Numbered from the stretch's first letter, positions 1 to 11,399 are shown. The stretch is 64,000 nt of DNA from Carcharhinus amblyrhynchos (GCA_965287045.1 OZ336899.1:19034001-19098000), one strand, 5' to 3'. Numbers and translations: made by a program. Notes: a model not told the origin generated them from the sequence alone.

Positions 1-91
1 TGGGGTGCACTGCTGAAATCCCCTTATTCTGGCCAGGGATGTTGAGGCCAAAGACAGCCCCCTCCTTCCAAACCTGATTTGAGATTAGTTC

Positions 92-385
92 ACAGGGTGC
101 GGTGGTTAGCACTGCTGTCTCATTGTGCAAGGGACCTGGGTTTGATTCCTGGCTTGGGTCACTGTCTGTGTGGAGTCTGCACATTCTCCCTGTGTCTGCA
201 TGCTCTGGTTTCCTCCCATAGTCTGAAAGACGTGCTGGTTAGGTGCACTGGCCATGCTAAATTGTCCTCAGTGTACCTGAACAGGTGCCGGAGTGTGGCG
301 ACTAGGGGATTTTCACAGTAACTTCATTGCAGTGTTAATATAAGCCTGCTTGTGACGGTAATAAATAAACTTTAAATTTTAAATA
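92..385 (+). mobile_element. HE1-like V-SINE, tail type B
   Basis: tRNA-derived head (gtggttagcactgctg...gggtttgattcc), V core (gtcactgtctgtgtggagtctgcacattctcc), tail ggattttcacagtaacttcattgcagtg...aataaataaactttaaa. Confidence 0.85.
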
Positions 386-936
386 GTGACACCTTCCCAA
401 TCTGCTCATGACTTTAACAGGGAATGCAAGTGGCCACGAGGACACATTTTTCACTTTTATATATATAAAAACTAACTTGTGCATTTGAGATTTTTGAACC
501 GGAATGTTAAAGAGCAGGACAAATAGAGAGTAATAGCCATGGAGATAAGCAGGTAATCAGCTAACTTCTAATTGTCATATCAAACCAGCTGTTATAATGT
601 GTTTAATGAGGACAGCCTACAGAGTCTGGCTAACAATCAGGATGTTATTTTGAACCACCCTTGCAGAAAATCTGAAGCTGCCTAGGCAAGAATATGTTGA
701 TTTGAATTTTAAAGAAATGATGAGAGGCAGCAGGCTCTTGCCTGAAAAGAATTTTGACAGATCTAGCCTCTGGTTCCCAACTTGCCAACCATATTAATGC
801 TCTTATGTCAGATCAATCATCTACGGGACTCTACAATAAACTGGAACGCAGAAGGTGACTAACTCCTCCTGCTGCACATGAACTTCAGCTCATTTGCTCT
901 TTCTTAGGCCACTCGCTAAGTTGGCTTGCGATGAAG

Positions 937-1038
937 AAACATCTATTTATTTACCCCCCCAATAGATAGGGGAAATAAATCGATGTTTATTTCCCCTATT
1001 TAACATATAGGGGAAATAAACATCTATTTTTAGATGTT
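937..1038. repeat. Nested short inverted/direct repeats
   Basis: gatgtttatttcccctat (982-999) is the exact reverse complement of ataggggaaataaacatc (1007-1024). A partial copy lies at 966-979, and aacatcta/tagatgtt pair at 1019-1038. Confidence 0.85.
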
Positions 1039-1074
1039 ATTTTGGGGAGACTGTGCAGATGCTACAACAATGAA

Positions 1075-1590
1075 TTAATGAACACTGCTCGACAATCACC
1101 AGGCAGGAGTGTTCTCTTCCTGTTGGGAACACTTCAGAGGCCACGGGCATTCTGCCTTTGATCTTCGGGTAAGCGTTCTCCAAGGCGGCCTTCACGATAC
1201 ACGACAATGCAGAATTGTTGAGTAGAAACTGATAGCCAAGTTCCGCACACATGAGGATGGCCTCAACCAGGATCTTGGGTTCATGTCACACTATCTGTAA
1301 ACCTCACAACTTGCCTGGGCTTGCAAAATCTCACTAACTATCCTGGCTGGAGACAATACACATCTCTTTAAACTGTGCTTAATCCTCTCTCCACTCACAT
1401 TGTCTGCACCTGTAAAGACTTGATTACCTGTTAAGGCTCACATTCCAACCATTATCTTGTAATTGAGTTTGTGTCTATATCTGCCCTGTTTGTGAAACAA
1501 ATCCTGCACTCACCTGATAAAGGGACAGTGCTCTGAAAGCTCGTGCTACCAAATAAACCAGCTGGACTTGAACCTGGCGTTGTGAGACCA
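1075..1590 (+). mobile_element. Penelope-like element 3' remnant (GIY-YIG endonuclease C-terminus plus pLTR)
   Basis: Degenerate + strand translation NEHCSTITRQECSLPVG..HF..HGHSAFDLRVSVLQGGLHDTRQCRIVE*KLIAKFRTHEDGLNQDLGFMSHYL*, followed by a UTR ending in a hammerhead-like motif and aataaa. Confidence 0.8.
1511..1545 (+). ncRNA. Degenerate minimal hammerhead ribozyme motif in Penelope pLTR
   Basis: cac CTGATAA agggacagtgctct GAAA gctc gtg. Core CUGANGA carries a G8->A change, so it is probably inactive. Confidence 0.55.
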
Positions 1591-2734
1591 TTTATTATAT
1601 CCTTGTAACCTCACATAATCCTCTTGGCATTAAGGGGCAATCCCACCCAGACCAGTTCCCTGTAATACCAAGTATTTACCCCACTAGCCTACACATCTTA
1701 GGAAACTGGTGCCGACTGGATGGACCAAATGGTCTCCTTCTGCACTGTAAGGATTCTATGACAACTCTTTATGAGTGATTGGTGCCTATACCATAGCAAA
1801 CAATATTGCTCTGTTTGATCAATTTTGTGCTTGAATGTCAATTTGTGACAATTTTATAAAGCCTCCATTATGTGCGACTCTTCAAACAATTGTCCCAGAA
1901 AAGTCCAAGCCATCTCAGGAAGAACATGTTATTTTGTATTTTTATAAGCGCTCTTTCACCTGAAGGGAATCATGTCAGATTTACTCTCTGATGACTTAAT
2001 TGGCAATTGTCTTAAGATGCTGACATTTTCCAACAGCATTAGAATTGAAACGCTCAACATTAAAATGTACCACTCACGATTTGAATTAATTCTTCAGAAA
2101 TAAATCAAGCAGCACAAATTAAGATGCTTGGTTTTGAGAAATGCTGCTGCAGAAGCAGAGTTCAGATCATTATCGTTGTACCAATTGGTTCAGCTGTTAA
2201 CAGGTCTGTTGCTAGGCAAAAAGCTCCTATTTATATGCAAATTGATGATGAGTAAGCTTCATTTTCCTCAGTGTGTAAATGGTAAATCTGATATTCTTTC
2301 TGTCACTTTTTCCTATTTATTTATTTAATTCCAGGCTTAATTTTCCTCAGAATTTCCTCCCTTGGAGGTGGTGACTTTGGTTTTTCTATTTGAAGTATCT
2401 TCACTCCCAGGGATGGGAAGCTTTCGAATTTTTTTTAGCTCAGAGGGTTGTAGTTGCAGAGACACTGGGGGCGATCTTCAGCCCACACTCATTGTCCATG
2501 CAAACACCAGCAGGGGCTCCAGGTCTGGAAGTTGCAGATCTCGTTGGCAAGATTGCAATCTCGGATCTTCCATAATCTTCGCGACATCATCCAGTTCACG
2601 CCCATAACAGGCATGGGTCTAACTTACATGCATTCAATAAATTTTAACATAAGTAACATATCCCCCTACCAGATATTGACCCTAATCCACACTCCCTGCT
2701 GTATATTGACACCATGCCGATGTGACATCACAGT

Positions 2735-3030
2735 GGGCAGCACAGTGGTTAGCACTGCTGCTTCACAGCGCCAGGGACCCAGGTTCGATTCCCGGCTTGG
2801 GTCACTGTCTGTGCAGAATCTGGACTTTTTCCCTGTGTCTGCATGGGTTTCCTCCTGATGTTCCCACAATCCGAAAGATGTGCTGGTTAGGTGCATTGAC
2901 TATGTTAAGTTGCCCCTCAGTTTACCCGAACAGGTGAGTCAACTAGGGGATTTTCGCAGCAACTTCACTGCGGTGTTACTGTACTTGTGACACTAATAAA
3001 TAAACTTTAAACTTTAAAACTAATAAATAA
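2735..3030 (+). mobile_element. HE1-like V-SINE, tail B
   Basis: gggcagcacagtggttagcactgctg...ggttcgattcccggcttgggtcactg...taataaataaactttaaactttaaa. Confidence 0.88.
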
Positions 3031-3369
3031 GCAATGGCGCCATCTACAACAGGTTCACCTAGACATGGGGTGGAGGTGGGTTCCTGCTCTGAATGTTGGG
3101 GGTGGGGGGAGGCCGATTTGATGAATGGAGTGGGGGGAAAGGGGTCAATGATTGGAGGGGGTGGGGGGGGAGAAGTGCCTACTCTGATCGGGGGTGGGAA
3201 CTGAAGATCCTGAGACTTCTGTGGCGGGCTGGTAGTGGGGTATTGCTGTTCTGATCCGTTAAGGATGACACCCCGATCTCAGTGCAGCTGGGCTTTGCCA
3301 GAGTGTTGAGGCCCTGCCCCCCTGAATGATGGCATGAAATATGCCCCCGTGATTTTTCTTTTGACAGAG

Positions 3370-3590
3370 GTGTGGTAGAATCTGGGGAGAAAACCAGTGT
3401 TTATCTAAGATCTCCCCCGCTGAGTATATTCAAGTTGGCATTGATAGATTTTTTGGATACTCAGGGAATCAAGGGATACGGAGATCAGGCAGGGAAGCGG
3501 TGTGGAGGTTCAAGATCAGCTATAATTGTACTAAACGGGGGACCAGGCTTGAGTAGCTGTGTGGTCTACTCCTGCTCTTGGTTCTTATGA
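3370..3590 (+). mobile_element. CR1 LINE 3' end fragment
   Basis: Translates IFKLALIDFL..GIKGYGDQAG. Ends ctactcctgctcttggttcttatg like the copy at 21533-22042. Confidence 0.7.
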
Positions 3591-4070
3591 TATTGCTGCA
3601 CTTTTCAATGGGTGCTGGACATCGTCTGCTACCTCACCAGGCCATTCAGTCTGTGCAAACTCAGACATCCAGGCCAAAAGGCTATTTGGCCATATCTACT
3701 GCTCTTTCACAGGATTTCCCCAGGCAGCAGCTATTGGGTGAATGCTTAAAAGATGCCTTTTTGAGTTAGCTTCCTGTTAATTTAAATGGTAGTGTTGAAA
3801 TAAACAAATGAACGTGTGTTAAAACAGTACTGTGTGGAGTTCAATGTGAGTACACCAGAGTTGAAAACAGTGACAGGAACGTCAGGGCATTTTACCCCGC
3901 ATTGAAGATGCTATATAAATGCAAGTTGTTGCTGTATTTCTGGTGCATGCCTTTCCAGTTAGCCAGTGAAAATTGGTGAAGGTCAGCACTCGGCCTGTTA
4001 GCGGTTGATTGTTCATATTTTTAAGATGTGCCAGTGATGGGCACTGTTTTCATTAAGGGCCGAGAGCACA

Positions 4071-4386
4071 TGTAAAGAGAGTCCGTCTCCCGGCACACTT
4101 GAGGCCTCCCCTGACTGGTGGACTGGAGTGCATCACCAGCCCTGGGAACAACATTTTAATTTGATGTTTCCTTTGGAAGTATTTTTTTAATTATAGTTTC
4201 ATGAAGGGTCTGTCATCCCTGTTAATTGTTAATTAGTTTATTGTTTATTTAAAAGAGTATAAAGGGAATCTGCTGGGACACAGGGTTAGTCGTTAGGAGG
4301 CAGAAACCCGTGATGCTGCATCCTGTGAATAAACCAACTATTAAGGAAAAGACCTGGGTCTTGTTTCGTACTTGACCCATTTAACA
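4071..4386 (+). mobile_element. Probable solo LTR (~316 bp)
   Basis: TGTAAA...TTAACA termini, internal TATAAA (4258) then AATAAA (4328). Flanks caca/cacc form an imperfect 4-bp TSD. Confidence 0.5.
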
Positions 4387-5179
4387 CACCCACCAGTTGG
4401 GGAAAAAAACCAACCCTGCTGGAAAAATCTTTATATTTGCCAACCAAGGGCAGCTACTGCCTCCTTCAGATGGCAGCCCAGCTACCAAAGTTGTGCAGCC
4501 AATGTTCTAACGTAAAGGGGGCTAATGATTTTGCCACAGACAGGTACTATCCAAGATTGTCCTATGCTGCGAAGAAACCGATACGCGACAAAGTTTTACG
4601 CTGTGGTTTCAGTCAGATCCTGCCTTATTTGAGTGGGAGGCACAACGGAAATAGTTCCTTCCCGCCTCACCCTGACAGCTACATGCTGCAAAATGTGACT
4701 GTGGAAAATACATGAGAAACTGGAACGTGGCTAAAGGGCCTTGTGGAACAGCTGAAAGTTTTCTACCCTCATGACGAGGTCGGGCAAGGTTTCTGGAAAT
4801 TTAACTTAACGTGAAGCTGACAGGCTTTGAACTTCAGCCGCCCTCATTTGTGAAACCTCCCTCGTGTTGAACCATCACAAAAGACAAAGGCAATCACAGC
4901 TGCTGTCCCCTCCTTCTCCCATGAGCCAGACTGATGCAGAGAGCTATTCGAGCCGAATGTCATTGTGTAGGAGGCCAACAACGCTGAAGCCGGTAGGAAC
5001 TCTGTTAGGAGGTTGAATGATGAGCTTTTGGCTGCAGCGTGCACCATTGTTTGATGCGCCTTCTCCTGCAGCTAGAGGGGGATTGGGGGGGGGGGGGGCG
5101 CAGTGGTGGGAATGCTGATAACAAGCTTCTGCCAAAGATACAAGCACCAACACAAGATTAAAGGTCGTGCTGTAGATGC

Positions 5180-5432
5180 TGGGGTGGCGCAGTGGCTAGC
5201 ACTGCTGCCTCACAGCACCAGGGACCCGGGTTCAATTCCTGGTTTGGGTCACTATCTATGTGGAGTTTACACGTTCTGTCCGTGTCTGCGTGGGTTTCCT
5301 CTGGGTGCTCCGGTTTCCTCCCATAGTCTGAAAGATGTGCTGCTTGGGTGCATTGACCCGAACAGGCGCCGGACTGTGGGCAGTGTTAATGTAAGCCTCA
5401 CTTGTGACTAATAAATAAACTTCAAAAAAAAC
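5180..5432 (+). mobile_element. HE1-like V-SINE, tail B (internally deleted)
   Basis: Head and V core as in other copies. Ends gtgactaataaataaacttc. Confidence 0.85.
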
Positions 5433-5946
5433 TTTAGATAAACAAGAGGAGGGATATATGGATCTCAAATACCCTTGAAACTATAGTCCAAAAAAATGGT
5501 AAAAACCATCTGGCTTGAATTCTCTTTGCATATAAGATACTAATTTTCGTTTCTATATTTAAGGATTTTCAAAAAAAGTTATAAAATCCTTAGGGACAAT
5601 TATAATCAGTCATTTACTGATGATTTTTTTTAGAAGAGGATTCCCATATATTCTCATTGTTTCTTTCCAAAAATCAAGTCATGAATGACAGCATCCATGA
5701 GTCCATATGTGCACTGCATGGTGCAAATGGTGTGCTGAGGTGACTGATGGTGATGAATGTGCATCGCTTGGCCTGATTTGCAGCAGGGAGAGAAACAAAG
5801 ATTACTTGATTTAGATTTTCTTAAAGAATCTGAAACTTCTTTTTAGGGCAACGTTTATTTTATTCTTGTCCATCCTATCAAAGTGAGTTTATTGGACAAG
5901 ACAACTTTTAAGTTCTGTGCTGGCTTCCTTGGGTTTTAGTACTATT

Positions 5947-6470
5947 GTTCTTTAGGAAAGGAAAAGTGCCATCCTTACCTGGTGTGGCCTATATGTGACT
6001 CTAGATTCATAGCAATGTGGTTGACTCTTAAATGCCTCTCTAAAATGACCTAGCAAGCCACTCAATTCAAGCGCAATCAGGGATGGCCCAGTGGTATTAT
6101 CGCTAGACTACTTAACCCAGAAACTCAGCTAACGTTCTGGGGATCTGGGTTTGAATCCCACCATGACAGATGGTGGAATTTGAACTCAGTCAAATAATAA
6201 GAACTACTGATGACCATGAAACCATTGTCAAATGTCGGAAAAACCCATCCAGTACACTAATGCTCTTTAGGGAAGGAAATCTGCCATCCTTATGCGCTCT
6301 GACCTATGCATGACTCCAGAGTCCCAGCAATGTGGTTGACTCTCAACTGCCCTCTGAACAAGGGCAACAAGGGATGGGCAATGACTGTTGGCCAGCCAGC
6401 GATGCCCACATCCCACAAATTAATAAAAAAAGATGCTGGCAAAGCCAGCAACACCACCATCCCCGAATAG
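5947..6470 (+). mobile_element. tRNA-derived SINE family 2: younger copy (~6082-6432) nested in the tail of an older copy
   Basis: The motif tttagggaaggaaatctgccatccttac...gtgactccaga...gcaatgtggttgactct occurs twice. The older tail gggatgg|gatgctggc is split by the full copy. Confidence 0.7.
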
Positions 6471-6690
6471 AGAAACTATGTTCAAAATAAAAGCTGATTT
6501 TCTTGGGACTTACCCCCCTTTTTAAGTCCAGTTTATCCGCCCATTAATTTTCATGCAAAAATAGAACTTTGAATCACATGCTTAAAGCAGTAACAACTAA
6601 CTTTAACAATGTTTAAAATTACAACAAACTCAAAAGAAGGTGTTAAACCCACACTTATAAAATATTTCACTGTTGTGAAGGGATGCTTTA

Positions 6691-6955
6691 TGGGTGGCAT
6701 GGTGGCACAGTGGTTAGCACCCGGGTTCAATTCCAGCCTCAGGTGACTGTGTGGAGTTTGCACATTCTCCCCATGTCTGCAAGGGTTTCCTCCCACAGTC
6801 CAAAGATGTGTGGGTTAGGTTGATTGGCCATGCTAAATTGCCTCTTTGTTTCAGGGGGACTAGCATGGTTACACGGATAGGGCCTGGGTGGGATGATGGT
6901 TAGTGCAGACTCAGTGGGCCAAATGGCCTCCTCCTGCACTGTAGAGATTCTATGC
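6691..6955 (+). mobile_element. HE1-like V-SINE, tail A (CR1/HER1-like)
   Basis: Ends gactcagtgggccaaatggcctcctcctgcactgtagagattctatg. Confidence 0.85.
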
Positions 6956-7855
6956 TAACGCGCATTGTTGACCCCTGGGGCATAGGTAGCATCCTTACTT
7001 AATTTAGAACATAACAGGCCACCACTACACACGTCAAAAAGATGTTCTGGAAACTTCTACTGGCCAACACAAAACATCAGAAGTTATTTAGTATGAATGA
7101 TCTTGGTAACGCCTATCTTGACAGGTGCATAAACCAGAAAAAATAGTGAAAAAAAATGATTGTGGTTTAGTCTAAACAGATAACATAAAAAGTAAAGGTT
7201 ACTCAAAACTCCAATTGATTGAATTTGCTTCTATAATAAACAACTGAATCACATGCAGCATCAGAGAGAAATCATCTCTTGAAGTGGTTGGGTGCAACGG
7301 GACAAGATGCTTGCACAATCTCACTGGCGTTCAAGTCACGGCTGCTGTCTATAAAGGGGTGAAAATCATTGGTATTTATTGCCAATGACCTTGTCAAAAT
7401 TACTAAACTAAACTCGGCACAGATTCCCAAACAAATTAGGATTTGTCGTCTCCATCTCAAATTGTGATTAAGGACTCTTTTCTTTCTCTACACAGTCCAG
7501 CATCATGTAGTCATGCTCCAGTGCAATCCACATTACCCACTGCCTACATTAATCTTGCTGGCAGGGACAGCAGTGAACTCCCCAGCAGTCTCCAGTCTGC
7601 GCACCTTCCTCAGGGAAATCAGCAGCCGTGTGAGTAGCAATTCTTTGTTCTGATTACGGTGCCTGATACTAGTTTGAATCCACATCAGTTTGACGGTCCT
7701 TTAAGCCGCACTTGCACTTCAATAGGCTGGCATTAAATAATTTTAATTACAGACCGGCGCAGTTACACTACTGACATTTTATTCACTGGAGTTTAGAAAA
7801 ATGTGAGGAGATCTCATTGAAATGTATAAAAATCTGACAAGGGCTGGATAGATTG

Positions 7856-8190
7856 TAGAACATAGAAACCCTACAGTGCAGAAAGAGGCTAGCTGGTCCA
7901 TCGAGTCTGCACTGACCACAATCCCACCCAGACCCTACCCCCTTATCCCTACACATTTACCCGCTAATCCCTCTAACCTACGCACCTCAGGACCCTAAGG
8001 GGCAATCGTAGCATGGCCAATCAACCTAACCCGCACATCTTTGGGCTATGGGAGGAAACCGGAGGAAACCCATGCAGACATGAGGAGAATGTGCAAACTC
8101 CACACAGACAGTGACCCAAGCCAGGAATTGAACCTGGGTCCCTGGCACTATGAGGCAGGAATGCAAACCCCTGTGTCACCGTGCTGCCCA
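7856..8190 (-). mobile_element. HE1-like V-SINE, tail A
   Basis: Reverse complement of the consensus (catagaaaccctacagtgcagaa...caccgtgctgccc). Abuts a short CR1 fragment at ~7780-7855. Confidence 0.88.
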
Positions 8191-8522
8191 TTATTAGTTA
8201 GACTAAGGAGCAGGGTGTCTAGAGAGAGTCAGCAGCAATTTGTGATGGGCAGGTAGTAGAATAGAATCATAGAACCCACCACTCCGTTTATTAACTGTCA
8301 CAGAACCAGCCAGGGATTTGCACAGGTCTTAAAGGCCTGAAGTGTTGCTCTTTCCCAGGTGATATTCCCACCTGGTGCCTATTCCCAGGCAGTATTCCTA
8401 CTTGATGCTCATTCAGTCCATTCGGATGGGTTAAACACAGGAATGAAACAGGTTCAGTTACAATCTCTTTGTGGGAGGGGAAGAAAGTCAGCACCTAAAG
8501 TGTCCTGTAGAAAAAGGGTCAT

Positions 8523-8800
8523 GGGCGGCACGGTAGCACAGTAGTTAGCACTGCTGCCTTACAGGGATCCAGGTTCAATTACCAGCTGGATCATTGTCTG
8601 TGTGGAGTCTGCACATTCTCCCCATGTCTGTGTGGGTTTCCTCCAAATGGTCTGGTTTCCTCCCACAGTCTGAAAGACGCATTGCTTGGGTGCATTGACC
8701 CGAACAGGTGCTGGAGTGTGGTGAATAGGGGATTTTCACAGTAACTTCATTGCATTGTTAATGTAAACCTTACTTGTGACTAATGAAATAAACTTTAAGA
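8523..8800 (+). mobile_element. HE1-like V-SINE, tail B
   Basis: gggcggcacggtagcacagtagttagcactgctgcc...gtgactaatgaaataaactttaa. Confidence 0.88.
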
Positions 8801-8937
8801 CCCTTAGCCTTCTCCTCTTCCCATCTTAAGCAGGCTCTCATCAAACTTGCTTCACTCCTTTAGGTGTTTTGCCTTTAGAAATAAATCGATGAAAAAACAC
8901 TCTACAAGGATATCAACAGGATTTGTTTTGCACTTAC

Positions 8938-8949
8938 CTGTAGCAGAGT
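8938..8949 (-). CDS. ACAP3: ACAP3 12-nt microexon (probable exon 10), TLLQ
   Basis: aaacctctacag|ACTCTGCTACAG|gtaagt with a perfect donor. Encodes the TLLQ that follows IQQR in vertebrate ACAP3. Confidence 0.9.
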
Positions 8950-9017
8950 CTGTAGAGGTTTGATTGGAGAGCATCAAGGTGAACCGGGGGGGGAAAGAAA
9001 CAGAAGAACAAGTTAGC
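8950..9017 (-). promoter_or_regulatory. Extended 3' splice-site region of the microexon (branch point, pyrimidine tract, UGC motif)
   Basis: Minus strand: gctaac (9017-9012), ttgttcttctgtttctttccccccc, then tgatgctctcc with TGC at 8973-8971. No other AG lies between the branch point and the acceptor. Confidence 0.65.
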
Positions 9018-10168
9018 ACATTCACCCGATTTGATTGGGAACATTCATCCTGCAATTAAATGTGATCAAGTTAAGAAGACTCTTGTGAGCCTGCCCTTAT
9101 ATTCTTGCCTTGTCTGAAGTATTGAAACCACAAACAAACACAGGATGAATTTATACCGTTAATGCAGCATTGGTGGCTTTGCCTCTGACCGATGCTGCAG
9201 TTAAAATGCATTCAATTGTCTGGGTCCGAGCGGACTCAGCATCCCAAAATTCCCTGGAGGAGGGAATTGCACTTTGGAGTCAGGTTAGAGTTTCCTTACT
9301 GTTACCTCCCAAGTTGTTGTCACTGAGATGTGGCTTCAGTTTTGTTGCACTCTGTTACATTCCAGAGTTGGCAATATAGGAGGGTATGACAAACTGTGGA
9401 CTTCAATTCCGTTCACCACTTAGGAAGTAAACAGTCACAATTCTGCAGCCAGGACGTGTCTGTTATTGGCAGTGGTTTTGCCTTGTGGGAAACCATAACC
9501 TTGGCACTCACCATCACTGCCCCTGGGATTGAATTGCCATTGATTGTGAATGCAATGCCAGTAACTTAGATTTATTTCTTCCAGTGCCATTAGCTTTACA
9601 GGCCAATTTTACCCATCAGTAACACTGTCTGCTCGCTGTGTACACACAGGCCGCACTGTGCAGCAGTTGGGTGGGGACTCCTCACTGGTAATATGTAACA
9701 TCAGCCCCAAGGCTCTCCATAAAATTTAGCAATGACCTACAGCTTTTCTTTCAGCGCTTACACATACAGGACTATTAACAGTATTAGATTGAGCGCAAGA
9801 TTATGCTGTAGTATTGCAGAGTTGCTTCAGTCACAGTGGATTCTCTGTTTTACAAGGCCATTAGAACTTACAGCTTCAGTACTACCTGAGACAGACACTG
9901 ATCTCATCCCATTTGGCTATTTAAAAATCAATTAATGCAGTAAGGACCAATTAGCCCATATAATGCTGCCTCCCTGGAGAATACTTTCATTTTTACCAGC
10001 CTATAATTTTGTGGTAGATGCTTATCAGCAAATTTTCATCAACTTGCTTCCCAGCCTCCCTTGCATGGACAGGTGTGTACTTGTACGGCATCAAACATTA
10101 AGATCGAGCAAACCTCCCTCCTTCCTTCACTGTTGCTGAGTCAGACCCCTGGATCTCACTTCCTAACA

Positions 10169-10460
10169 CGGTGGGGCGGCACGGTTGCATAGTGGTTAGC
10201 ACTGCTGCCTCACAGCGTCAGGGATCCAAGTTCGATTCCCGGCTTGGGTCACTGTCTGTGTGGAGTTTGCACATTCTTCCCGTGTCTCTGCGGGTTTCCT
10301 CCGGGTGCTCCGGTTTCCTCCCACAGTTTGAAAAACGTGCTGGTTAGGTGCATTGACCCGAACAGGTGCCGTAGCGTGGCGACTAGAGGAATTTCACAGT
10401 AACTTCACTGCAATGTTAATGTAATCCTTACTTGTGACTAATAATAAATAAACTTTAAAT
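10169..10460 (+). mobile_element. HE1-like V-SINE, tail B, inserted in a LINE 3' fragment (~10115-10590)
   Basis: Flanked by taaca (10164-10168 and 10461-10465). The flanks rejoin as cctaacagcactgtgggtgtacctacacc, the LINE end also seen at 28155-28400. Confidence 0.85.
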
Positions 10461-11197
10461 TAACAGCACTGTGGGTGTACCTACACCATGCAGACTGCAA
10501 TGGTTCAAGAAGGCAACTTCTCAAGGCAAGTAGGGATGGGCAACAGATGCTAGCCTAGCCAGCAACGGCGATATCCCATGTCTAGATTAAAACATCTGCA
10601 TAGTTATGGGCAGGAAAAGGCCTTTGGTGCATCTGACCCTACCTATTCCCTTGGCATATTTCCAACCCTGAATCCCATTTGTTGATAGGAACTTTCCTAG
10701 TTCCATTTTGATATCCGTTAAGGTTTCTTGTTCCATCGCCATCTTTGTAAACTCTCACAGGACAGCATTCACTGTCCATTCAGGCACCACAAGCTGGAAC
10801 TCAAACTCTAAAACCATCCACTTCCATTGCAACCTTCATCTGTTGTGTTATATCACGTGGGGTTCCCAAACCTTTGGATTTCAACCCCCAGTGGGGCCAC
10901 AGGTTGAGACACCGATGGTGGCCATGGAGTTTAGCCTGAGTTTGGACAATCACAAGATGCATTTAAAGATTGTGCTTTTCCTCATTGTTGGGTGTGGCTT
11001 GATTGTCCATTCTCTGAGATGTCATTGGTGCTTCAGCAGCAGCCTGTAAAAAGACGGCTCTTCACTTTCTTCCAGGGCAAAACCCAGCAGTTTTAATTCT
11101 GTACCCTCGTTCTCCCCCCCACCCCCAGCATTCAACAACTCTCTAAATTCTACAGATCCCTCCCCTTGCCAGTTTTTACTCAGGCGTCACACATGTA

Positions 11198-11323
11198 GGC
11201 AGGATTTTATGGCCTCGCTCATCCCAAAACTGTAAAGTCCCGCCCGAGGTTAACAGACCTTTCCACAGTCTGCCCCTCGCCTGCTCCGATTCCCGTGGCA
11301 GGCGGGGCAGTAAAATTCCGGAC
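11198..11323. mobile_element. Short MITE (GGCAGGATTTT-type termini)
   Basis: ggcaggatttta ... taaaattccggac form imperfect terminal inverted repeats, same terminus family as 60519-60739. Confidence 0.55.
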
Positions 11324-11399
11324 ACAAAGTCTAAAGCTTTAAGATGGGGCCACACGAGGAAAAGGTCTGGGAACCTCTTGTGTTTTGAGCTCCCTAATA

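Noticed and set aside
79-321. Recurrent ORFs such as 'AQWLALLPHSARDPGSIPGLGHCLCGVCTFS' as a small-protein family
   Set aside because: They are translations of HE1 SINE copies with variable stops and frameshifts.
7340-7370. Possible 9-nt microexon (ttttcacccctttatag|ACAGCAGCC|gtgact, minus strand)
   Set aside because: Poor donor, the longer version contains a stop codon, and there is no homology support.
1-8937. Next ACAP3 exon (DFSYD...MEGYLFKRASNAFKTWN, start of the PH domain)
   Set aside because: No matching minus-strand sequence found by eye; it probably lies beyond the left edge.
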